From: Gemmatimonadota bacterium
GTDB taxonomy: Bacteria; Latescibacterota; UBA2968; UBA8231
Direction of reading: 5' to 3'
Length of the DNA: 46,322 nt
Assembly: GCA_038153405.1 (NCBI GenBank)
Contig: JAYOYH010000006.1
Location: 1,472 to 47,793 of the forward strand
The notes beneath the pieces were generated by a model. The model was not told where the DNA came from. It saw nothing but the letters and a program-made list of their open reading frames with translations, and searched no databases. Position 1 is the first letter of the stretch. Every line of letters begins with the position of its first letter. This document shows, one piece after another, positions 9,752 through 17,795 of the stretch. A program made the position numbers and the translations under genes.

Positions 9752-10648
9752 ATGTCGACGCCACTCGTTGGGGCAAAACAGAAAGCAAAAGTCGCTGATT
9801 CGTTGCGCAAGTCGCGCCGGATAGAAGGCGACCCGACGTTGGCTAGCTATCTAGAGGACATTGCCGCTTCGACCCCGCTCTCTGCGCGCAGGGAGGGCGA
9901 ACTGGCAGAGCGCATTCGGGCCGGCGACGACGAGGCGCGCAATGCATTGGTTGAAGCCAATTTGCGCTTTGTCGTATCGATTGCCAAGGAATACCAAAAC
10001 CGCGGTATGAGCCTGACCGAGTTGATTAGCGCTGGCAACGTCGGCTTGATTACAGCGGCTGAACGCTTTGACGAGACTAGGGGGTTTAAGTTCATATCCT
10101 ATGGCGTTTGGTGGGTGCGTCAGGCCATACTGCAAGCACTTATGGAACAGTCGACCGTGCGCGTGCCGGTCAATCGCCGCGACTTGCAGGCTAAGATTGC
10201 GCGCGCCTACGAGGAACTGCAGCGAACCGGTGAGATTACCACCATCGATAAGGTGGCTGAATCGCTGGGCTATACGGCGGAAAAAATTGAGCGAGCCATG
10301 GCGGACAGTCAGCCCATCAGCTCTTTAGATGCACCTTTTGAAGAGGGCGAAGGGCGCAGTTTGCTCGATTGCATCAGCGACGAGGAACAGCTTTCGCCCG
10401 AGGAAGAGCTGCTTTCCTACGCGCTAAAAGAAGATATTGACTCCGCGTTAGGCGGGCTGAATGCGCGCGAAGCCGACGTGCTGCGCCTCTATTTTGGATT
10501 GGACGATGAGCAGCCGTTGACCCTCGATCAAATAGGCAATCGCTTTAAGCTGACGCGCGAGCGCGTGCGCCAGATTAAAGAAATAGCGCTTAATAAATTG
10601 CGTCATCCGCGCTTTCACGCGCGTTTGCGCGCACATATGCAAATGTGA
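9752..10648 (+). CDS. RpoD/RpoS-like sigma-70 factor lacking region 1.1 (298 aa)
   Basis: Region 1.2 YLEDI; region 2 LVEANLRFVVSIAKEY..RG..L.ELI.AGN.GL..A.ERFD..RGFKF.SY.VWW.RQAI; region 4 TRERVRQI. ATG 9752 follows AAGGGGA; the longer ORF from 9506 is probably an over-extension. Confidence 0.93.
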   Translation: MSTPLVGAKQKAKVADSLRKSRRIEGDPTLASYLEDIAASTPLSARREGELAERIRAGDDEARNALVEANLRFVVSIAKEYQNRGMSLTELISAGNVGLITAAERFDETRGFKFISYGVWWVRQAILQALMEQSTVRVPVNRRDLQAKIARAYEELQRTGEITTIDKVAESLGYTAEKIERAMADSQPISSLDAPFEEGEGRSLLDCISDEEQLSPEEELLSYALKEDIDSALGGLNAREADVLRLYFGLDDEQPLTLDQIGNRFKLTRERVRQIKEIALNKLRHPRFHARLRAHMQM

Positions 10649-10678
10649 GACAGACCGCACAGCCGGCAGGAGACAGAG

Positions 10679-10711
10679 AAAATGCGAGGCATATGCCCTC
10701 GCATTTTTTTT
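10679..10711 (+). terminator. Rho-independent terminator of the sigma gene
   Basis: AAAATGCGAGG / CCTCGCATTTT inverted repeat with a 7-nt loop, running into a T-tract. Confidence 0.8.
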
Positions 10712-10794
10712 GGTACATTTTTTGCCCACTTGCCGCTAGGTGCCGTTCCGCGGTGCCGGTGGGGCAGCATCTGCCGGACCGGGAAATAAAGGGG

Positions 10795-10821
10795 TAATAA
10801 ATGCCCTCGCCGTGACGATAT
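10795..10821 (+). promoter_or_regulatory. Sigma-28-like promoter upstream of the small ORF
   Basis: TAAT-N15-GACGATAT, one mismatch in each box versus TAAA-N15-GCCGATAW. Confidence 0.4.
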
Positions 10822-10855
10822 ATAGAACGGGTCTTTAAAAACAGGGAGTTGTGAA

Positions 10856-10975
10856 ATGGCAGTTGCTGAAGGTGGCGGGTTGGCCAATCGGCGATGGGCA
10901 AGCGTTGGCGTCTTTATTTTTGTCACGTCGGGCATTTCGCTGGGCATATTCTTAGCATCTCTTTCAACGGGATGA
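10856..10975 (+). CDS. Small single-pass membrane protein (39 aa), not in the ORF track
   Basis: AGGGAG RBS 7 nt before the ATG; MAVAEGGGLANRRWASVGVFIFVTSGISLGIFLASLSTG has RR followed by a ~22-aa hydrophobic helix. Confidence 0.55.
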   Translation: MAVAEGGGLANRRWASVGVFIFVTSGISLGIFLASLSTG

Positions 10976-11045
10976 TTATAAATACTATAAAAACAAATAT
11001 TTATGATTTATCCAGTTTCTTTTTAGTCGCGATCAGCAGAAACTC

Positions 11046-11074
11046 TTGACGGTTGTCTAAGGGTGCTTTATATT
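11046..11074 (+). promoter_or_regulatory. Sigma-70 promoter upstream of parA
   Basis: TTGACG-N17-TATATT preceded by an AT-rich upstream tract. Confidence 0.7.
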
Positions 11075-11091
11075 GGTGTCCGAGGCGGTGA

Positions 11092-11118
11092 TAAAGGCCT
11101 TTTTTATCTCCCCGATAA
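11092..11118 (+). promoter_or_regulatory. Sigma-28 (FliA/SigD)-like promoter upstream of parA
   Basis: TAAA-N15-CCCGATAA, one mismatch from TAAA-N15-GCCGATAA. Confidence 0.55.
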
Positions 11119-11263
11119 CGTCGAATAGATAGCGTTTTTTCTCCCCCCTTATCGATTCGATTGGGCCTGCATTACCATTTACCATTGGGGCTTTTCGCCC
11201 GCGGAGCATGCGCTTCAGACGGGTGGCAATGCCTAAAGTTGGATCTCGACGCAGTTTTATGCT

Positions 11264-12097
11264 GTGGCGAAGTCTACTTTTTTCCCAAGCGGGCGCCTTT
11301 TGGGCACTATCATCGCCGTTGCCAATCAGAAGGGCGGCGTGGGTAAAACCACGACGGCCGTCAATCTAGCCGCGTGTCTGGCGGTCAAGGGGTGTAAAAC
11401 GCTCCTAGTCGACCTCGATCCCCAGGCCAACGCCACCAGTGGGTGCGGTGCTGCGGCCGATAGCCTCAACGGTTCTGTTTACGAGGTCTTGCTCGGTCAT
11501 ATTGCCCCCCTATCGGCCATTCGATCCATCGACATTGATTTATTCCATCAGTTCTACTTGCTGCCGTCTCATATTCGCTTGGCCGGTGCGGAAGTAGAAA
11601 TGGCCGCAGTGGTCGGTCGCGAGAAGAAGTTGATGCAGGCCTTGGATTCCATTGTAGAGGAATTTGATTATATCCTGATCGACTGCCCTCCATCGCTTAG
11701 TCTGCTAACCTTAAATGCCTTGGGAGCGTCCGACTCCGTGCTCATACCCGTGCAGTGCGAGTACTATGCGCTGGAGGGGGTGAGCAAGTTGCTGCACACG
11801 GTGCGCCTAGTCAAGCGCCATATCAATCCAGATCTTCACATTGAGGGGGTGCTCATGACCCTCTACGACGAGCGCTTGCAGCTGGGGCGGCGCGTCGTCA
11901 GCGAAGCGCGAAATCACTTTGGCGACTTGGTGTACAAGACCATTATCAGGCGCAATATCAGCTTGGCCGAAGCGCCCAGTTTCGGCCAGTCTATCCTCTC
12001 CTACGATCCGTCGTCTTCTGGCGCAGAAAATTACACGAGTTTGGCCGGAGAAGTGGCCGAATTTCGCTCCGACGCCGCCTTGCTCTCCTCGACTTAA
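11264..12097 (+). CDS. parA: ParA/Soj-family ATPase with no adjacent parB
   Basis: Deviant Walker A NQKGGVGKTTT, VDLDPQANAT, IDCPPSL, PVQCEYYALEG, LAEAPSFG. The true start may be TTG 11300 (MGTIIAVANQKGG). Confidence 0.93.
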   Translation: MAKSTFFPSGRLLGTIIAVANQKGGVGKTTTAVNLAACLAVKGCKTLLVDLDPQANATSGCGAAADSLNGSVYEVLLGHIAPLSAIRSIDIDLFHQFYLLPSHIRLAGAEVEMAAVVGREKKLMQALDSIVEEFDYILIDCPPSLSLLTLNALGASDSVLIPVQCEYYALEGVSKLLHTVRLVKRHINPDLHIEGVLMTLYDERLQLGRRVVSEARNHFGDLVYKTIIRRNISLAEAPSFGQSILSYDPSSSGAENYTSLAGEVAEFRSDAALLSST

Positions 12098-12173
12098 CCT
12101 TTTTTGCAAAAAAAGCTTGATTTTCGGCTTTTTTATTTGTATATGAATATGCATAAACGGATAAGGAGGGTGT

Positions 12174-13223
12174 ATGTTGCTACGTCAAAGTGCTTCGACG
12201 CAAACGAATGAGCAGCGTTTCGATCGCTCCGGGCGCGGCTCGAATTCGCCGGTGGGCAAGAGGCCTTTTGTCGCCGGTTCACGCGAGATGCGCCACCTGT
12301 TAACAGTACTAGAACGGGTGGCCCATTCGAATGCAACGGTCCTCATCGAAGGAGAAAGCGGGACGGGTAAGGAGGTCTGTGCCCGCTGGGTCCACGCCCA
12401 GAGCATGCGCCAGCAGGGGGCATTTATCGGCGTCAACTGCGCCGCTCTACCTGATGGCCTGCTTGAAAGTGAACTGTTTGGCCACGAAAAGGGCGCCTTT
12501 ACTGGTGCCACTACGCAGCGCTTGGGGCGGTTTGAACAGGCGCATGGTGGCACCATTTTCCTAGACGAGATTGGCGCTGCGGCGCCTGCTGTGCAGCTGC
12601 GCCTGCTGCGCGTGTTGCAGGAGCGCGAATTTGAGCGCGTTGGTGGGGCGCAATCCATTCGCGTAGATGTGCGCATTCTGGCCGCTACGAATGTCGACCT
12701 ACAGCGGGAAGTCAGCGAGGGACGCTTTCGCGAAGATTTGCTCTACCGGCTCAATGTCGTTCCGGTCAGGTTGCCTGCGCTGCGTGAGCGCGCGGTTGAT
12801 ATTCCCCTGCTGGTTGAGCACTTTGTGCAGTTGTCCAACCAGCGCAATGGGCGCGACGTGCTCGGCGTGGAGGAGGAAACCATGCGCCTACTGTGCGACT
12901 ACCCGTGGCCGGGCAACGTGCGCCAATTGGAGAACGTAATCGAGCGCATGGTCGTGCTGACCCAGAGAGATTATATGGCCAGCGAAGACGTGCCGACGGA
13001 GATCGTTCACTGGCGCACTCAAGACGAGACGGCCGTACTGGGATCAATCGATTTTAAGGAGGCGCGCTTTGTATTTGAACGGCGCTTTTTATGCGAGGCG
13101 CTGCGCCGGCACAACGGAGTTATTGCGCAGGTGGCGGAGGCTATTGGCATGTCGCGCAAAAACCTCTACATCAAATTGGACAACCTGGGCATAGAATACG
13201 ATCAGTACCGTCGATGCGGCTGA
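12174..13223 (+). CDS. Sigma-54-dependent enhancer-binding protein (AAA+ and Fis HTH) with no N-terminal sensor domain
   Basis: [62 protein letters not shown]-terminal HTH; only about 30 aa precede the AAA+ domain. Confidence 0.95.
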   Translation: MLLRQSASTQTNEQRFDRSGRGSNSPVGKRPFVAGSREMRHLLTVLERVAHSNATVLIEGESGTGKEVCARWVHAQSMRQQGAFIGVNCAALPDGLLESELFGHEKGAFTGATTQRLGRFEQAHGGTIFLDEIGAAAPAVQLRLLRVLQEREFERVGGAQSIRVDVRILAATNVDLQREVSEGRFREDLLYRLNVVPVRLPALRERAVDIPLLVEHFVQLSNQRNGRDVLGVEEETMRLLCDYPWPGNVRQLENVIERMVVLTQRDYMASEDVPTEIVHWRTQDETAVLGSIDFKEARFVFERRFLCEALRRHNGVIAQVAEAIGMSRKNLYIKLDNLGIEYDQYRRCG

Positions 13224-14288
13224 CTAAAGGCGCGTGCGCGGGCCTTTAGCGCGCTGCATTTTCTCGTATTGTTCGCGCAGATACGTCCAGTGCTCGCTGT
13301 CTTTCTCTTCGACTTCAACGGCGCGCCGTATAACGGCAAAAGCGCGCGCGTAATGCCCCTGTAGATAGAGCAGTTCGGCATAAGTATCCAGGTAGATGGG
13401 GTTCTCCCCGTCTATCTGGAGTGAGCGCAGGGACAGGTTCGTTGCGCGGTCCAACAGAACGCCTTCTTCCGCATAGGTCCAGGCTAGATTGTTGAGCGAC
13501 GAAGCATCTTCCGGATTGCGCGCGATGGCCCGTTCGTAGTATTCGATCGCTCTTGCGGGCAGGTTCTCCTCGGCGTAGAGCTGGGCGATATGCGCGGCGA
13601 CATTTGCCATTTTCTCACCGCGTATGGCGCGGTTAAATGAGCTATCGGCCGCAGCGAGACTGCCCTGGCGCAGCTGCGTCTCGCCGAGAGTTAGCAAGAG
13701 GCGCGGCTCGTCGGGTGCGAGGCGCAGCGCGGCTTGCAATTCGCTCTCGGCGCGGAGTAAATCTCCACTTTTGATGGCCAGTCGGCTGCGTTCAACGCGG
13801 GAAAATAAGTGGCCGGAATCCACTGCGATGGCTGAGTCGAGCAGGGTCATTGCGCGCTCGTTGTGATCGAGTTTAGACTCGATCCAGGCAAGGGTGGCCA
13901 ATAATTCGGCATGAGGCGGCATCTCCGCGCGCAGTGACTCCAGAGCGGTGTGCGCCTCGCCGTAGAGTTCGCCCTCTCTGCACAGGGTGCGTAGGGCGCT
14001 GTAGAGATCTTCGCTGTCGGGCTCGCTTTCGATGGCGTCGATTAGCGTCGTCAGTGCCAGCGCGTATGCTCCACGCCCCATGTGCGCCAGGGCAATGAGC
14101 AGGCGCCGTTGCGCATTCTCTCCGTCTTCGCGCAGCGCTCTCTGGCCTTCGCGCAGCGCCCGATCGTAATTGCCATTCTCCAGATACATAGCGGCCAACT
14201 GCGACCGATTGATTTCATAGGACCCGCAGTGGGGGTTGTCGATGACAAAGGTCGCCATCAGCGCATAGCAAAAGAGCTGTCGCTTCAT
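13224..14288 (-). CDS. TPR-repeat protein, probably exported
   Basis: Multiple TPR units (AIEYYERAIARNPEDASSLNNLAWTYAE; YLDTYAELLYLQG); start overlaps the rodA stop. Confidence 0.85.
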   Translation of the reverse strand: MKRQLFCYALMATFVIDNPHCGSYEINRSQLAAMYLENGNYDRALREGQRALREDGENAQRRLLIALAHMGRGAYALALTTLIDAIESEPDSEDLYSALRTLCREGELYGEAHTALESLRAEMPPHAELLATLAWIESKLDHNERAMTLLDSAIAVDSGHLFSRVERSRLAIKSGDLLRAESELQAALRLAPDEPRLLLTLGETQLRQGSLAAADSSFNRAIRGEKMANVAAHIAQLYAEENLPARAIEYYERAIARNPEDASSLNNLAWTYAEEGVLLDRATNLSLRSLQIDGENPIYLDTYAELLYLQGHYARAFAVIRRAVEVEEKDSEHWTYLREQYEKMQRAKGPRTRL

Positions 14289-15529
14289 CAGTATTCGTGG
14301 CGGTTGGCGTAAATGTGCATCAGCAGTCCGATGGCCAGCATATTGGCCAAGAGCGACGAGCCGCCAGAGCTCAAAAAGGGTAGCGGTAGTCCGGTAACGG
14401 GCATGACGCCGATCGTCATGCCCACGTTGACAAAGACGTGAAATGCCAGCATGGAGGCTAGGCCTATGGCGATGAGGCTGTAGAAGCGGTTCTTGGCGAT
14501 GGAGCCGATGTAGAGTGCGCGCGCAATGAGGAAGAAAAAAAGAGCCAGCGCCGCCAGTGCGCCGACGAATCCCAACTCTTCACCAATGACGGAAAAAATA
14601 AAATCCGTGTGGGCGGCGGGAAGGAACTCGTATTTGGTCTGCGTTCCCTCGAGAAAGCCGGCTCCCGTCAGACCGCCCGAGCCAATAGCTATTTTCGATT
14701 GGATGATATTCCAGCCGGTTCCGAGGCGATCGCTCTCGGGGTCCAGAAATGTCATAATGCGATCTTTTTGGTACGAGCGTAGAAAATGGTCCCACAGGTA
14801 CACGGTAATAAGACCCGCAGACAGGTTGGTCAGCACCATGGTTATGGTGAATAGCAGGCGCCCCAGCAAGAGGTGGATGGCGATGCCACTGCCGATGATA
14901 AACGCGCCGAATAAATAGGGTGCTGCGCCCTGCCATAGCGGTTCGAAGGAGAATGCGACGCTCAGCAGGGGCGATAGAATGAAAAAGATGAAGACCCTGC
15001 GCATGCCGGCCCAGTAGAGCATGGGAAAGAGGGGAGCGCCGAAGGAAATAGCGGTGCCCAGATCCGGTTGGCGCACGATGAGTGCCATGGGGATTATGCA
15101 CAGGGCAGAGGAGCCGAGAACGCCGCCGACCCGATTAACCTGTTCGGGTGTGCAATCGCTCAAGTAGCGCGCCATTGCGATGATCGTTGCGATCTTGGCA
15201 AACTCGGACGGTTGTATGCGCACTGGACCGATGCTGAGCCAGCGCGCGGCATCATCGCCAATTCCCCAAACGAGCACGGCCAAGAGGCTGAGCAAGCCGA
15301 GGGCGAATAGGGGATAGGCTAGACCGTAAATAGCCTTGTTGGGAACATAGGCGATGGCCAGGGAAGCAAATAGGGCGACGATGGCGTAGCGCGCCTGTTT
15401 TGACCAAGCCATCTGGACGGTCAGCGAGTCGCTGTAGTAGGCGGCGCTGTAGATCATAGTTACGCCGAGCAGCACCGTGGCTACGGTCGAGGCCAAAAGC
15501 AGATAGTCTATGTCTCGTATGAGTTGCAT
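14288..15529 (-). CDS. rodA: Rod shape-determining SEDS glycosyltransferase RodA
   Basis: RWL.IG..RIQPSEFAK, RQPDLGT, YQKDRI, QSKIAIGSGG, LPAAHTDFIFSVIGEELGF, PVTGLPLPFLSSGGSS; adjacent to PBP2. Confidence 0.96.
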   Translation of the reverse strand: MQLIRDIDYLLLASTVATVLLGVTMIYSAAYYSDSLTVQMAWSKQARYAIVALFASLAIAYVPNKAIYGLAYPLFALGLLSLLAVLVWGIGDDAARWLSIGPVRIQPSEFAKIATIIAMARYLSDCTPEQVNRVGGVLGSSALCIIPMALIVRQPDLGTAISFGAPLFPMLYWAGMRRVFIFFILSPLLSVAFSFEPLWQGAAPYLFGAFIIGSGIAIHLLLGRLLFTITMVLTNLSAGLITVYLWDHFLRSYQKDRIMTFLDPESDRLGTGWNIIQSKIAIGSGGLTGAGFLEGTQTKYEFLPAAHTDFIFSVIGEELGFVGALAALALFFFLIARALYIGSIAKNRFYSLIAIGLASMLAFHVFVNVGMTIGVMPVTGLPLPFLSSGGSSLLANMLAIGLLMHIYANRHEY

Positions 15530-15532
15530 GGT

Positions 15533-17311
15533 TTATCTCGGCTGGGCACTGGCTGCGTGTAGGGCAGGTGTAGACTGCAGCGCCGCAGAGGTGCGATCGC
15601 GGTATGCCTTGATGATTTCGCGCGCGACGGGTGCTGCTACAGCGCCTCCCCCTCCTCCTCCCTCTATGACGACGGCTATGGCTATGGCTGGATCGTCGTA
15701 AGGTGCAAAGGCGACAAACCACGCGTCGTTGTTGTTGTTTTCCCTATTGGGGACCTGAGCAGTACCGCTCTTCCCCGCCACTTCGAGTCCTTCTATCTGC
15801 AGGCGCCACCCCGTTCCATGAGGTCCGTAGACGACGCGGTGCATCGCTTTGCGCACGATGTCCAGCGTGGCGTCAGAGATGCTGGACATGCGCTGGCCCG
15901 GCGGTGGTGCTCCGCTCAAAAAGGGCGTCACGAGAACGCCGCCGTTGGCAATGGCGGCCGTGTAACGGGCCATTTGCAGCGGTGTGACGAGCATGGCACC
16001 CTGGCCAATAATCAGGTTGAGCAGATGGCCTAGCGTCCATCCATCGCGTTCCTGGTAATATTGGCGCGACGGCAGCAACCCGGTAAACTCCTCGGGTTCA
16101 AACTGCAAGCCGGTGGCTTTCCCAAAGCCCAATTCTTCGGCGTATGCTCTCCATGTTTCTATGCCCATTAGCTGGGCTAGGTGATGAAAGTAAGTGTTAC
16201 AGGAGGTCTCTATGGCCTCGAGCATATTGAGTTCGCCGTGCCCGCTGCGATTGTTGCAGCGAAATACCACATCGCCGACCTGCAGCGAGCCGACGCAGGC
16301 GGCGAACGTGCTCAGCGTATCCGTAATGCCCGCCTCGAGGGCGGCTATAGCGCCGATCATCTTCAACGTGGAGCCGGGAGGATAGCGTCCGCGTATGGCG
16401 CGATTGAGCAGCGCCGTCTCGCTCTGCAAGACCTGCTGGCGCTCTTGCTGTGCCTGGAACGAGACGAAGATATTGGGGTCGAAAGTAGGTTTGTTGGCCA
16501 GAGCCAAGAGGGCGCCAGTGCGCACATCCAAGGCCACTGCCGCCCCTGCCAGACTGTCGGGTAGGGCGCGCTCGGCAGCCTGTTGCAAATCAATGTCGAT
16601 CGTCAGCTGTAGGTCTTTGCCGGATTCGGCCCGCTGGTCTCGTTCGGGAAATTCGCGGCGCGTGCGACCGCCGGCATCTACCTCGTAGTAGCGCACGCCG
16701 TCTCGGCCGCGCAGGTCGTTCTCGAATACCTTTTCCAGGCCAGTTTTGCCAATAAAATCGCCGGCCATATATGTTTTGCCGGTCGAGCCGCGTCGATTTT
16801 CATCGCGAATGATACCCATGTATCCCAGTAGATGAGCTGCGCTCGTGCGGTAGGGATAGTGGCGCTGTGCCTCTATTTCGATATCCAACATCGGCCAGTC
16901 GGCCCTGAGGCGCTCTTCGACGATAGACACGGTGCGAAAGTCGACGTCGCGCTTGAGGCGAATGGTGCGATATCTCCTGCTATAGACGCCGTCGATGGCC
17001 GTATCGCCCACCGCGTTGACAAACGCCTTGCGCGCTGCGTCGTACTCTTTGCGCGACGTGCGGACCAGCGACACGGTGTAGAACGGGCGGTTGCGCACTA
17101 GGGTGCGTCCCTGGCTATCGACGATGAGGCCCCGCGGCGCCTTTACGCGTTTCTGCGCTATGCGGTTGGCTTCCGACTCGCGTTCGTAGTCGTCTGATGT
17201 CGTAACCTGCAAGTAGAATAGGCGCAACGTCAATACGAGGAAGAGCACGCCGACAATGGCGAAGAGTCCGTTGGCGCTGGGGCGCTGGTCCTGTCGCGTA
17301 TGCCACTCCAT
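15533..17311 (-). CDS. mrdA: Penicillin-binding protein 2
   Basis: TM anchor, APRGLI.D, GKTGLEK; catalytic motifs STLK (SxxK), SCN (SxN), KSG(TAQ). Start MEWHT at 17311, just after the mreD stop. Confidence 0.95.
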   Translation of the reverse strand: MEWHTRQDQRPSANGLFAIVGVLFLVLTLRLFYLQVTTSDDYERESEANRIAQKRVKAPRGLIVDSQGRTLVRNRPFYTVSLVRTSRKEYDAARKAFVNAVGDTAIDGVYSRRYRTIRLKRDVDFRTVSIVEERLRADWPMLDIEIEAQRHYPYRTSAAHLLGYMGIIRDENRRGSTGKTYMAGDFIGKTGLEKVFENDLRGRDGVRYYEVDAGGRTRREFPERDQRAESGKDLQLTIDIDLQQAAERALPDSLAGAAVALDVRTGALLALANKPTFDPNIFVSFQAQQERQQVLQSETALLNRAIRGRYPPGSTLKMIGAIAALEAGITDTLSTFAACVGSLQVGDVVFRCNNRSGHGELNMLEAIETSCNTYFHHLAQLMGIETWRAYAEELGFGKATGLQFEPEEFTGLLPSRQYYQERDGWTLGHLLNLIIGQGAMLVTPLQMARYTAAIANGGVLVTPFLSGAPPPGQRMSSISDATLDIVRKAMHRVVYGPHGTGWRLQIEGLEVAGKSGTAQVPNRENNNNDAWFVAFAPYDDPAIAIAVVIEGGGGGGAVAAPVAREIIKAYRDRTSAALQSTPALHAASAQPR

Positions 17312-17312
17312 T

Positions 17313-17795
17313 TTAGACGGGTAGGATTCGCTGGCGCAGCATTGCAACCGTAGAAAATACGGCGCCCACTAGCCCGGTGTACAGGGCGCGCCCCAGACCG
17401 TAACGCACCCAGAAAAACGGCGCGTCGGCCAAGCCAATAGCGCTGGTGCCCACGTAATAGACCAGGTCGTGTGCGAGGACGGCGGCAAAGATGAGCGCAA
17501 CTTGCACCTGCACGCTGTCGCCGACTACGCGCGAACGTCCGTAGCCCACCGCAAAGCCCACGGTGGATTTCAACAGCGCATTGAGGCCGAAGTCGGCGGG
17601 CATATAGGCATCTTGGAGCAGGCCGACGGCAAAGCCCAGCAGCGTCGCTGGCGTAGATCCTTGGCGCAGTGCGGCAAAGATGAGAACGAGCAAGACGAGG
17701 TCGGGTTTCAGCGAAGAAATCGCCAGAAATTCAACCCAGGTAGTCTGCAGTATAAAGGCCAGCAGCAGGAGCAAGGCGTAGCGCGCGATATCCAT
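17313..17795 (-). CDS. mreD: Rod shape-determining protein MreD
   Basis: Hydrophobic 160 aa with KPDLVL and GFAVGLLQD...FGLNAL; directly upstream of mrdA. Confidence 0.92.
   Translation of the reverse strand: MDIARYALLLLLAFILQTTWVEFLAISSLKPDLVLLVLIFAALRQGSTPATLLGFAVGLLQDAYMPADFGLNALLKSTVGFAVGYGRSRVVGDSVQVQVALIFAAVLAHDLVYYVGTSAIGLADAPFFWVRYGLGRALYTGLVGAVFSTVAMLRQRILPV

Noticed and set aside
10976..11160. oriC in the AT-rich region before parA
   Set aside because: No cluster of DnaA boxes (best is TTATCCAGT, two mismatches) and no dnaA/gidA/parB context; promoters explain the AT richness.
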